A stretch of DNA of 35,054 nt, from NCBI GenBank assembly GCA_964534375.1, contig CAZHPN010000049.1, positions 1-35,054 of the forward strand, given 5' to 3'. Both the position numbers and the translations under genes were made by a program. The notes under the pieces are model-generated. The model searched no databases. It had not been told where the DNA came from and saw nothing but the letters and a program-made list of their open reading frames with translations. The stretch comes from an uncultured bacterium. GTDB taxonomy: Bacteria; Lernaellota; Lernaellaia; Lernaellales; Lernaellaceae. Shown here in pieces: positions 1-8,981 of this stretch; within the stretch, counting starts at the first letter, position 1; each line of letters opens with the position of its first letter.

Positions 1-1740
1 GTCGTTGTCGTCGTTGTCGTTGTCGTCGTCGTTGTCGTCATTATCGTCGTCGTCGCAAACGACGCCGCCGAGGCACTCGCTCATCGCTGTGCAGTCGGCG
101 GCGCCCATGTTTTCGGCGATGCACTGGCCGTACGGCTGGTTCGGCCCCATGCAATACTCGCCGGCCTCGCAATAGCCGACGATCGTGCTTTCGGGAATCT
201 CGTTCCCGTAGCCGTCGTCAAAACCACCGCCGCAGACGACGTACAGGTCGTTGTAAAGGTTCTGGCACGCGGCGGCCGTGTCGTCATCGTCGTCGTTGTC
301 ATCGTCGTCATCGTCGCCGCAGGTCACGCAGTTCTCGTTGGCGTCGCAGCACTGGCCCGAGCAATTGACGGCGGTGCTGCAGTCGGTCGAGCCGGGGCCG
401 CCCAGGTAAAAGCTCGTTCCCGACAGGTTCCGGTCGGTGGAGAAGGCGACGGCGCCGACGTCCCAGTAGCTGGGATCGGTCGCCGCGCTGGCGATGTCGG
501 TCCAATCTTGGAGCGCCGACGACATATCGACATATTTCATGTTCTCGATAAACGCGGCGTACTCGTACCCCGCCGTGGGAAATTTGCCGCTGCCCATGTC
601 GGTCAGCGTGGCGAGGCCGTAGGTGTCGCACTCGAGCTCGCCGCCGAAGATGCCGCCCAGCGACTGGCCGTTGTCGGCGAGGCCGGCGGAATTGTACAGG
701 CTGTTGGGATAATAGCCGAACGACGCGCCGGCGGCCCAGGCATACCAATTGCCATCGTTTTCGTTGCGGAGGAACGCCAGGGTCAGCGTGACCGGCGCGC
801 CGCCGAACGAGCTGTAGTTCGCGAAGCCGGCGCCGAGCACGACGTTCGCGTTGGTTTGCACGAACGCGCCGCAGTCGAGATTGTAACAGCCGGTCGATTG
901 ATAATCGTCGGCCGTGTAATAGACGAAAAGATCGGTGTTGTCGTTGCTGAAATTGTCGTAACAGTGCTGCAGGCCGAGCTCCGCCGTTTGCAGGCCGCCG
1001 TCGGACCCGCCGGTGACCCAAAGCTGCATAAGCGACATGTCGGCCTGAAGCTGCGTGTAAACCTGCCACAGGCTGAAATCGGCCTGCAGGCCTAGGTAAT
1101 TCACGGTGCTGCTCGCCGAGACAACGCCGTAATGGTGCGGCGCTTTGACGCCGCCGACCGGTGCGAGCGCCGGGGCGGCCGGCGGTTTCGCGCCATCGCG
1201 GTTTTTGCGGAAGATGTCGCGCAGCGTCGCGAAACGATACCAGTGAGCGAGAGGCGCGATGACCTTCGGGAACGAGCCGGCTGGGCAGCGGCGGGCGCGG
1301 CCGAGTTCGTCCGGCGAGCCGTCGAGGCCGAAGGCGGCGGCGGCGCGGGCGGACGCGGCGGGGTCAGCGGCGGGCAGGCGATCGAGGGCCGCGCCGGAGG
1401 CGGCCAGGGCGCGCTGGGTCTGGATGTCGATGCACGAAATTGGCTCGCCGGATTTCATGGTGAACTGGTGCACCACCGCGCCGTCGCCCGCGAAGGCGCG
1501 ATGCCAGGCATTGATTTTGATGAACTCGACGACGGAGGCGACGCGGAAATCGGCGACGGCGGCCCGGGCGGCGTCGTAGGCCTGTTGCGCGGCCGCCCAA
1601 TCGGCGGCGGACATCGAGGCGAGCGCCGCGTCGACGTCGGGTTGATACAGGCCCTGCGCGCACGCCGGACCAGCGAAAACCGCGAGAAGTGCGGCCGTCA
1701 CGGCCGCCGCCCACAAAACACGGCTGATCAATGAGCGCAT
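1..1740 (-). CDS. Secreted neprosin-family (DUF239) glutamic peptidase with prodomain, Cys-rich modules and Asp-rich linkers; runs off the left edge
   Basis: Translated by hand; absent from the ORF track because there is no stop in the window. ATG at 1740 with AAGGAG upstream, open for 580 codons. Signal peptide MRSLISRVLWAAAVTAALLAVFAGPACA. Prodomain-like GEPISCIDIQTQ and CPAGSFP. Neprosin motifs QTAELG, LFVYYTAD, GCYNLDCGAFVQT, GNWY, GYYPNSL, FGGE, MGSGKFP, FYLGGPG. Confidence 0.85.
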   Translation of the reverse strand, partial: MRSLISRVLWAAAVTAALLAVFAGPACAQGLYQPDVDAALASMSAADWAAAQQAYDAARAAVADFRVASVVEFIKINAWHRAFAGDGAVVHQFTMKSGEPISCIDIQTQRALAASGAALDRLPAADPAASARAAAAFGLDGSPDELGRARRCPAGSFPKVIAPLAHWYRFATLRDIFRKNRDGAKPPAAPALAPVGGVKAPHHYGVVSASSTVNYLGLQADFSLWQVYTQLQADMSLMQLWVTGGSDGGLQTAELGLQHCYDNFSNDNTDLFVYYTADDYQSTGCYNLDCGAFVQTNANVVLGAGFANYSSFGGAPVTLTLAFLRNENDGNWYAWAAGASFGYYPNSLYNSAGLADNGQSLGGIFGGELECDTYGLATLTDMGSGKFPTAGYEYAAFIENMKYVDMSSALQDWTDIASAATDPSYWDVGAVAFSTDRNLSGTSFYLGGPGSTDCSTAVNCSGQCCDANENCVTCGDDDDDDNDDDDDTAAACQNLYNDLYVVCGGGFDDGYGNEIPESTIVGYCEAGEYCMGPNQPYGQCIAENMGAADCTAMSECLGGVVCDDDDNDDNDDDNDNDDND

Positions 1741-2064
1741 CGGGGACTCCTTTTCCGAACGGAACGGCGATTCGCGAATTGCTTCGCGGGCGGCGACGAG
1801 TTCGCGCCGGCAGCGCGCCCGCGGTTGACGCCGCGGGCGCGACAAAACGGTCTTGTAGCAGCCGGCGCGCGAGGTGACAAGCGGCGAGGGTTTTTCACCA
1901 CAATGAACACGCGGTGGCATGGTCACCATGGTGGGTTAACTGTAAACACGGAGGGCACAGAGAAAGACACAGAGAGCACAGCGAAGAGCGCAGGCAGAAC
2001 ACCTTGCGCACGATCGCGCGCGACGAGTTCCGGCCGCCTCTGTACTGCTCTTCATAAATTTCTT

Positions 2065-2094
2065 TTCGCGGCGCGAAGAATTTCGCGCCGCGAA
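2065..2094. repeat. Perfect 13-bp inverted repeat (hairpin)
   Basis: TTCGCGGCGCGAA-gaat-TTCGCGCCGCGAA. Confidence 0.8.
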
Positions 2095-2096
2095 TC

Positions 2097-2186
2097 AGCC
2101 CGGGACTGAAGTCCCAGGCTAAACTCAAGCGCCCCCCGCCGCGGGGAGGGCTGCATGATCTTAGCCCGGGGTTCTAACCCCAGGCT
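2097..2186. repeat. Pair of 24-nt REP-like palindromes
   Basis: AGCCCGGGACTGAAGTCCCAGGCT (2097-2120) and AGCCCGGGGTTCTAACCCCAGGCT (2163-2186): same outer stem and mismatch, different inner stem that still pairs. Confidence 0.75.
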
Positions 2187-2189
2187 CTA

Positions 2190-2513
2190 TTTGGTTGCGA
2201 CCAACGGCTGCGCTGTACTACTAACGGTCTGTTTCTTATTTCTGCGCACAGATTTTTTCATGCCGCCGAAGGTTGCACGATGAACTGGTCGATACGCAGC
2301 GTCTGCCCCCCTCACCCCCGGCCCATCTCCCACCGAGGGGAGAGGGGAGGCTTGGTTCCCCTCTCCCGGACGTGGTAGAAGGGGAAGGGGTGAGGGGTAA
2401 AGCGTTGCGCTGCGTAAAGCTGCCTGGTTGCCGCCGACGGTCTGGCCGTCCATCTCCACCACTAACTAATCTGTGAATGCCCGACACTTTGGTTGCGGCC
2501 GAAGGGTCGCGCT
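2190..2513. repeat. Two copies of a TTTGGTTGCG...GCGCT REP-like unit
   Basis: TTTGGTTGCGACCAACGGCTGCGCT (2190-2214) and TTTGGTTGCGGCCGAAGGGTCGCGCT (2488-2513). Confidence 0.6.
2308..2397. repeat. CCCTCACCCC/GGGAGAGGG-type composite inverted repeat (REP/BIME-like)
   Basis: CCCCTCACCCC (2308-2318) pairs with GGGGTGAGGGG (2387-2397); internal GGGAGAGGGGA pairs with TCCCCTCTCCC. Confidence 0.75.
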
Positions 2514-2538
2514 AAGCCCTCTGCGTTTAAGATTCCCC

Positions 2539-4242
2539 TCAATTCGCTTCCAGTTTCAATATCTCAAACCCAAACGGCGGCAGCGAGCCCGGATACATGT
2601 TCGTATTCGCCAGCGTCAGTTGCTGCACGTCGGCGTCGGCGTAGAGATCGTGCACGTCGCCGGCCGACCCGTCCCACGGGCTCAGCGACAAGTTGAGATA
2701 GAACTGCTGCGCCAAATGCGACAGGTTGATCACGACCATCACGATTTCCCGGTCGGTCGTGCGGAAAAACGCGAAGACCGACGAGTCGAACGACTCGACT
2801 TCCCGATAGTCGCCGAAGCGCAGGGCGTCCGACGCGTTGCGAATGGCGATCATCTTGCGGAAGTGCTGGAGCAGCGATTGCGGGTCGGCGCCCTCCAGCG
2901 CCACATTGTTCGTCGCGTGGTTCCACGAGAGCGGCAGCCAAGGCTTGCCGGTCGTGAAGCCCGCTTCCGCGGTCGCGTCCCAGGCCATTGGCGTGCGCGC
3001 AAAATCGCGGTAATCGATGACGACATGATCGCCGTCCGCCAGGCCGATCTCCTCGCCGTAATAAATGAACGGCGTGCCCGGCAGGGTCAATTCCACGACG
3101 CCGGCGAGCTTCGACCGCCGCTCGTCGCGGAACAGCAGGTCGTAGTACCGGAAGAAATCGTGGTTGTTGACGAACACGGCCTGCTGGCCGCCGGGCGGAA
3201 GCCGCGCGTACGACGACGCCATCAGCATCGAAATCGGAAACGAATCCTGGGAGTAAAACGCCGCGTAGAGGCCGTACGTCAGATTGAAATTGAAGGCCAT
3301 GTGCATTTCGTCGGTTCCATTGCCGAAGAACTGCAGCCATTGATCGAAATCGCCGTCCGCTTCGGCGACGAAGGCGCGGTCCGGGTACTCGTCGGCGACC
3401 GTCCGAAACGCTTGGAGGATCGCGTGCGTCTGCGGCGCGTTGTCGCAGATGATCGGACTTTCGTAATACGCGCCGACCGCATCGAGCCGGAAGCCGTCGA
3501 CGCCCATGTCGAACCAGAAGCGCAGCACGTCCTCGATCGCCGCGAGCACGTCGGGGTTCGCCCAGTTCAGATCCGGCTGCTGAACCAGGAAACGGTGATA
3601 ATAATATTGCTGCGTCGTCGCATCCCATTGCCAGCGGCTGCTGCCGAACTGCGCGCCGGCGCCGCCGCAATCCCACAGCGGCTTGTCCGCCCACTCGTAC
3701 CAATCCCGTTTCGGGTTGGCTCGGCTCGCATGCGATTCCTTGAACCACGCGTGGTCCCATGACGTGTGATTGAACACGCCGTCGATGAAGACCTTGATGC
3801 CGAGCTTGTGCGCCTCGGCCAGAAACGTCTGAAAATCGTTCATCGTGCCGTAATCGGGATTGATCGCCTCGTAGTCGGCGACGTCGTAGCCGGAATCGAA
3901 GAACGGCGTCGGGTACATCGGCATCAGCCAGACGCCGCCGACACCGAGTTCCGCCAGATACGGCAGGTGCGAGATCAGGCCCGGAAAATCGCCGATCCCG
4001 TCGCCGTTGGAATCCTGATAACTGCGGATGTAAATCTCCTGAAACACCACGCCGCGCCACCATGTGCGGTCCGGCGTCGCGTCGTCATTATCGTTGTCGT
4101 TGTCATTGTCATTGTCGTCGTCGTCGGCGTTCCCGCCGCGATCGGCGCTCGTCGCGGCATGGTAGTCGCAGCCGGCGAAAAACACCGCCGCCAGCGCCAA
4201 CAAACTACAGAACACAAACGAGGCGAGGATTTTCCGTGGCAT
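2539..4242 (-). CDS. GH13 alpha-amylase-family glycosidase, lipoprotein
   Basis: Lipobox FFAGC followed by an Asp/Asn linker. GH13 motifs SYQDSNGDGIGD, GYDVADY, FNHTS, QPDLN, GFRLDAV (nucleophile), FVAE (acid/base), NNHD, PGTPFIYYGEEIG, RTPM. Confidence 0.93.
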   Translation of the reverse strand: MPRKILASFVFCSLLALAAVFFAGCDYHAATSADRGGNADDDDNDNDNDNDNDDATPDRTWWRGVVFQEIYIRSYQDSNGDGIGDFPGLISHLPYLAELGVGGVWLMPMYPTPFFDSGYDVADYEAINPDYGTMNDFQTFLAEAHKLGIKVFIDGVFNHTSWDHAWFKESHASRANPKRDWYEWADKPLWDCGGAGAQFGSSRWQWDATTQQYYYHRFLVQQPDLNWANPDVLAAIEDVLRFWFDMGVDGFRLDAVGAYYESPIICDNAPQTHAILQAFRTVADEYPDRAFVAEADGDFDQWLQFFGNGTDEMHMAFNFNLTYGLYAAFYSQDSFPISMLMASSYARLPPGGQQAVFVNNHDFFRYYDLLFRDERRSKLAGVVELTLPGTPFIYYGEEIGLADGDHVVIDYRDFARTPMAWDATAEAGFTTGKPWLPLSWNHATNNVALEGADPQSLLQHFRKMIAIRNASDALRFGDYREVESFDSSVFAFFRTTDREIVMVVINLSHLAQQFYLNLSLSPWDGSAGDVHDLYADADVQQLTLANTNMYPGSLPPFGFEILKLEAN

Positions 4243-4340
4243 ATCGTCACTCCGCAGTTTTGCCCGCGCCGGCGCTGCCGGCCGGCGGGCGTCGAAACAG
4301 CTGCTCGCTCTTGAATCGAATCCGCGCCGTTCCGCGTGCG

Positions 4341-5915
4341 TCAGCAGCCGCAGCCGTCGGAGGGAGCGCTGGCCGGGGCGCCCGGCACGGGCACGACGCC
4401 GCCGCCGCCCGAATCGTTGTCATTATCGTCGTCGTCATCGTCGGGCGACTCATCGTCGTCGGGCGAAACGTCGTCGTCGGGCGAAACGTCATCGTCCGGC
4501 GAGCCGTCGTCATCCGGCGACTCGTCGTCGTCGGGCGACTCGTCGTCGTCGAGCAGTTCGTCATCGCCATACGGGCCGTCGCCGGGCAGGATGCCGTAGT
4601 AGACATTCATCCAGTAGGCGAGCACGTAATCGAAGCCGGAGCCGACAAAGGTCTGGTCCTCGCTCGTGTTGCACGAGGCGGCGAAGACGCCGCCGTCCTG
4701 CCAGTACATGTCGGTCCACGGCCGGTCGGGAATTTCGCGCGCGTTCTCGGTTTGCGGGCTGACGTTCATGATTTGCTGCAGCCACGGATATTTCTGGTCG
4801 AGGTTGGCCATCCAAACCGAGAAGGGATCGAGCGGCTGCGTCGAGCAAACGATCGCCCGCTGATAGCTCGGCGCGGGCCAGTAATCGTCGAGCACGCGGG
4901 TGTTGTCGGCCTTGATTTGCGCCATTTCCGCCGGATCGCAATTGCCCAGGCGCAGGCAGCCGCCGACCTGCACCGCGTCGAACCACGGATTGAGAATCTC
5001 CTTGGTCCATGGCCGGTTCCACTGCATGTGGATATCCCAGATTTCCTGCAGGCGCTTGCGGTCGGGCCAGAGGCGAAAGATCGATTGCAGCGTCAGGTAG
5101 CGCAGGTTGTTGCCGAAGAACTGATCGTAGCGGTTGTACCACGACCACAGGTCGATGCCGAGCAGAGGCTTCATCGCGTCGTATTGCTGGTTCAGCAGCG
5201 TCCAGTGCTCCTCGTCGTCGAGGATGTGGGCGATGATCACTAGCCAGCCCAGACGCATCGCCGGCCCGATCCAGGCCGCGTCGTTGCCGGTGTATTGCCC
5301 GTTCTCGTCAGTGATGTTCCAGTAGTTGGCGGTCAGCATGTCGCAGATTTCCCGCATCAGATTGCGGATGATCGCCCGGCTCGGCTCGTCGTCGATCGAG
5401 TCGTAGGCCTGCACCATGCCGAACATGAAGCCGCTGTACTGGTCGCGGCTGGTCTGGTCGATCCAGTAGTAACCGCCCCAGTCGCCCGTGCCGTCGATCT
5501 GTCCGCCGACGCCGCAATTCCACGGCGATTGCGACGGGCCGGCGAACCGCGCCAGGTATCCGGGCGTGTGCGTGATCTCGTGGTTCCACTGCATGTACTG
5601 CACGAGATTAATGATGTTTTGCCGCGCCTCCGGATCCTGCGTGATGCGATAGCGCAGCGCTTCGGCGCCGAGGTACATGCCGGTCCAGATCAGGCTGTCG
5701 CCCTGGTAATGCGTGCAGGCGACTTGCGTGTACGTGTTGTCGCTGAACGACACCGCGCCGGTGATCGCGCCCAACGGCGTAACCAGCCACTTGCCGATGA
5801 ACGCCTCGTGGCCGTCGGTCTTGGCCTGAAGAACCGGATCGAAGTCCGTGGCGAACGCGGACGCCCCAGCCGTGAACGACAACGCCGCCAACGCGAGGAT
5901 GACGAGCCGACGCAT
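4341..5915 (-). CDS. Secreted protein of unknown function, probably an alpha/alpha toroid (six-hairpin-like), with Asp-rich linker and C-terminal GCGC
   Basis: Start moved to ATG 5915 (MRRLVILALAALSFTAGASAFA, signal peptide). Trp/Tyr-rich helical core (GDSLIWTGMYLGAEALRY, PGYLARF, TSRDQYSG). The fold is a pattern-based guess. Confidence 0.75.
   Translation of the reverse strand: MRRLVILALAALSFTAGASAFATDFDPVLQAKTDGHEAFIGKWLVTPLGAITGAVSFSDNTYTQVACTHYQGDSLIWTGMYLGAEALRYRITQDPEARQNIINLVQYMQWNHEITHTPGYLARFAGPSQSPWNCGVGGQIDGTGDWGGYYWIDQTSRDQYSGFMFGMVQAYDSIDDEPSRAIIRNLMREICDMLTANYWNITDENGQYTGNDAAWIGPAMRLGWLVIIAHILDDEEHWTLLNQQYDAMKPLLGIDLWSWYNRYDQFFGNNLRYLTLQSIFRLWPDRKRLQEIWDIHMQWNRPWTKEILNPWFDAVQVGGCLRLGNCDPAEMAQIKADNTRVLDDYWPAPSYQRAIVCSTQPLDPFSVWMANLDQKYPWLQQIMNVSPQTENAREIPDRPWTDMYWQDGGVFAASCNTSEDQTFVGSGFDYVLAYWMNVYYGILPGDGPYGDDELLDDDESPDDDESPDDDGSPDDDVSPDDDVSPDDDESPDDDDDDNDNDSGGGGVVPVPGAPASAPSDGCGC
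4413..4550 (-). repeat. Coding 18-nt tandem repeat, (SPDDD[E/G/V/D]) x6
   Basis: Ser-Pro codons recur every 18 nt at 4443, 4461, 4479, 4497, 4515 and 4533. Confidence 0.9.
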
Positions 5916-6098
5916 AAGAAACCCCTTGGTCAACGACCGGTGAACGTTTCCTGACCAACGTTGGGCGGCGATTGCCGCGCCCGCGACTACGACGGCATTT
6001 TATGGTTTTTTGCGAATCGGATCAACGACACCGATAAGATTGCGCCCTTCTTGCCTCGCCGCGATCTCCGCGTCGCCGCGCGATCCCCGTTTGCGGCG

Positions 6099-7646
6099 TC
6101 AGTGGGCCGCTTCCGGCTGTTCGGCGCGGCGGAACATCTTCCGGAAAACCACCAGCGCCAGCGGCGAGATCAGGGCCATGCCGCCGATCCAGAGCCAGAT
6201 CATCCAATGGTGCGGATACGCCGGCGCATCCTTCGGAACGTAGGTTTGCAAGAGCCAACCGGACATTACGCCGACGATCGGTTTCGCCGCGAAATACGGC
6301 AAGTACGACAGCGAAATGTAGGAGCCCTCGCGGCCCTTCGGTGCGATTTCGGCGGTGAATTGCATGAGCCGCGGCGACCAGAGCGCCTCGCCGACCGTGA
6401 AGACGATCACAAACGCGATCAGCGTCAGGAATAGCGGGTTGCGCTGCGCCTCCGGAATGTGGAGCCAGCGGACGAAGATCAGTTCGCCGACCCAGGTGTC
6501 GCGCAGCGGCGCGAGCAGGCGCGCCGGCACGACGGCGATGAACACCGACAGCGCCGAGACCCACGTGCCGATCATCATCACCTTGTAGGAACTGGTCTTG
6601 CGCGTCAGCCAGCCGAGCAGCGGCACGAGAAAGACGATCATCGCCGGGTTGAGCGCGCTGTAGATGTGGCCGATCGGCAAGCCGGGGCCGAGCACGCGAA
6701 TGCCGTATTTCGGGAAGGTGTAGTGAAAGTGATAAAACACGAGCCGCACGAACACCAGCAGGCCCAGCATCAGCAGGTAACGCCAGAAGGCGCGCTCGCG
6801 GAACACCTCGCGGAAAATGCGGCCGGTGTCGACCGCGGCCGTGCGCATCGTCCGCCACGACGCAACCAGGATATTCCCGGCCGACGGCGGCGCCGGCCGG
6901 ATGACCACGCCGCGGTCGTCGGTCATCTCGACGCCGTCGCGCATCAGCAGCATCAGCACGAGATTCGGCACGGACAGCGCGAAGCCGATCAGGAAGATGA
7001 CCTGGTACGTGGACAACGGCACGCCGAGCAGCGGCGCGGTCACGATCGTGTGCTCGCCGAGCGTCGCGCGCACGCCGTCGAAGATGGTCGCGCCGAAGTA
7101 ATGCCCGACGTTCATTAATGTGTAGAACATCGCAAAGCCGAGCGCCGCGCCTTCCTTGGTGGTGTAGCGCTTGATGCCCACCGACAGCACCGGCAGCAGG
7201 ATGGCGATGCCGATCGCTAAAGGGAAGAAGCCGACGAGCGTCGCCAAGTAGACGTTGCGGCAAAACGGCAGCGCCAGCCGCGAGACGACCAGCACGCCGG
7301 CGCCGAAGACGAGCGTCTTTTTCACGCCGACCGCGTCGACGACGGCGCCGACGAGCATCGTCGCCAGCGTGATGCCCGTCGAAAACACGCCGATGTACGA
7401 GCCGGCGGCGATGTCGCCCAGGCCGCAATCCGCCGACAAATACAGGACGAACGTGAGGTTCATCGCGCTGTACGCCGAGTACTCGATGATCTTCGAGAAG
7501 AACAGGATGAACAACTCGCGCGGGCTGCCCCGCAGGCCGCGGGCATAGCTCCAGACGATGAAAACGAACGCGCCGAACAGGGCCGCGCCGCCGCCGTAGA
7601 TCAAAATGTCGAGTGATTTCATCCCGTGCGAACCTCTGGGCATCAT
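6099..7646 (-). CDS. MFS transporter, POT/peptide-transporter-like; alternative start 7622
   Basis: More than 12 hydrophobic segments; MFS motif A variant GAVVDAVGVKK; FYTLMNVG; FTVGEALWSP; APKGREGSY. Confidence 0.88.
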   Translation of the reverse strand: MMPRGSHGMKSLDILIYGGGAALFGAFVFIVWSYARGLRGSPRELFILFFSKIIEYSAYSAMNLTFVLYLSADCGLGDIAAGSYIGVFSTGITLATMLVGAVVDAVGVKKTLVFGAGVLVVSRLALPFCRNVYLATLVGFFPLAIGIAILLPVLSVGIKRYTTKEGAALGFAMFYTLMNVGHYFGATIFDGVRATLGEHTIVTAPLLGVPLSTYQVIFLIGFALSVPNLVLMLLMRDGVEMTDDRGVVIRPAPPSAGNILVASWRTMRTAAVDTGRIFREVFRERAFWRYLLMLGLLVFVRLVFYHFHYTFPKYGIRVLGPGLPIGHIYSALNPAMIVFLVPLLGWLTRKTSSYKVMMIGTWVSALSVFIAVVPARLLAPLRDTWVGELIFVRWLHIPEAQRNPLFLTLIAFVIVFTVGEALWSPRLMQFTAEIAPKGREGSYISLSYLPYFAAKPIVGVMSGWLLQTYVPKDAPAYPHHWMIWLWIGGMALISPLALVVFRKMFRRAEQPEAAH

Positions 7647-7812
7647 ATCGAACGACGCCGGATGCGCAAGGCGTTGCGGAGCGAGCGAGCATCGCGCGCG
7701 CGTCTGCCTTGACGGTTCGCAGCCGCCAGCGCTTAATACGTCGAGGTTCTTTCCGGCCGCTCGGAAAGCTGTTGTTACGCCACTGATTCAATCGGACGCG
7801 AAGGAGCCGACG

Positions 7813-8958
7813 ATGAACCGGGTTTTCACTCTCCTCTTCTTGGCGGCGCTGGGTGCGATGTTGCTGGCCGCGTGCAGTGCCGGCACTTCGTCGTCGAGCA
7901 GCAGCAACGCCATTGACGACGACGCCACGCCGGATGACGACGACAACGACGACGACGACGCCACGCCGGACGACGACAACGACGCCTCGCCGGATGACGA
8001 CGACGACAATGACGCCTCGCCGGCCGACGACGACGACAACGACGACGACGACGCCATCCCGACGATGGCGACCGTGTGGGGAACCTCGGCGACCGATGTG
8101 TACGCCGCGGGCCTCGCCGGCTTCATGGTGCATTACGACGGCTCGGCGTGGTCGCCGACTGCCAGCGGCACGCGGGGCGACATCTTCGGCGTTTGGGGAA
8201 CCGCGGACTCAGACATTTTTGCTGCCGACGATTTCGGCACGATCATGCATTACGACGGCTCGGCTTGGTCGATCGCCTGGACCGGGGCCTATTACCCGTT
8301 CATGTACAGCGTGTGGGGCGCGTCTTCCACCGACGTTTTCGCCGCCGGCTACGACATCACCAACAGTCTGGTCGTGATCGCGCATTATGACGGCTCGGCT
8401 TGGTCGACGATGGCCAACGGCATCAGCGGCGGCCTGAACGGCATCTGGGGATCTTCGCCCAGCGACGTGTTCGCGGTCGGCAACAACTCCGACACCAACG
8501 GCGTGATTCTGCATTACAACGGCACGTCGTGGTCGCCGATGTCGGACGGCGGCGCCAGCCAGTGGCTGGGCGGCGTTTGGGGCGCCTCGGCGGCGGACGT
8601 GTACGCCGTCGGAATCGGCGTCAACAACGAAGGCGTGATCCTGCACTACGCGGGTTCGTCGTGGTCGGCGACGTCGTTCGCGGCGGAGACGGCGTTCTTC
8701 GGCGTTTGGGGGACTGCGGCGGCCGACGCGTTCGCGGTGGGCAGCAGCGCCGCCAATCAGGGCGCGATCCTGCACTTCGACGGTTCGTCGTGGTCGGCGA
8801 TGCCGGGCGCGGGATCGAGCACGTTGCTCAGCAGCGTCTGGGGAACCTCGGCGGCGGACGTGTTCGCCGTGGGCAGCGACGCCAACAATAACGGCGTGAT
8901 TTTGCATTATGACGGCACGGCATGGTCGCCGATGGCGACCCGCGAGGCCGCAAAGTGA
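7813..8958 (+). CDS. Lipoprotein with Asp-rich linker and seven repeats (probable 7-bladed beta-propeller)
   Basis: AAGGAG then ATG at 7813; lipobox LLAAC; poly-Ser and Asp linker; seven copies of [V/I]WG-x4-D-[V/I/A][F/Y]A...H[Y/F]xGxxWS. Confidence 0.88.
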   Translation: MNRVFTLLFLAALGAMLLAACSAGTSSSSSSNAIDDDATPDDDDNDDDDATPDDDNDASPDDDDDNDASPADDDDNDDDDAIPTMATVWGTSATDVYAAGLAGFMVHYDGSAWSPTASGTRGDIFGVWGTADSDIFAADDFGTIMHYDGSAWSIAWTGAYYPFMYSVWGASSTDVFAAGYDITNSLVVIAHYDGSAWSTMANGISGGLNGIWGSSPSDVFAVGNNSDTNGVILHYNGTSWSPMSDGGASQWLGGVWGASAADVYAVGIGVNNEGVILHYAGSSWSATSFAAETAFFGVWGTAAADAFAVGSSAANQGAILHFDGSSWSAMPGAGSSTLLSSVWGTSAADVFAVGSDANNNGVILHYDGTAWSPMATREAAK

Positions 8959-8981
8959 TCCGGGCGGGTAAGGAGCACCAC

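Noticed and set aside
81..1734. ORF-track calls 81-311, 308-1069, 508-1095, 1132-1734 and others
   Set aside because: Off-frame or antisense shadows of the neprosin-like gene; no motifs, Arg/Ala-rich GC artefacts.
4413..4550. Regular 18-nt repeats (and the propeller repeats at about 8070-8930) as a possible CRISPR array
   Set aside because: They are in-frame coding repeats with synonymous variation, no unique spacers and no cas genes.
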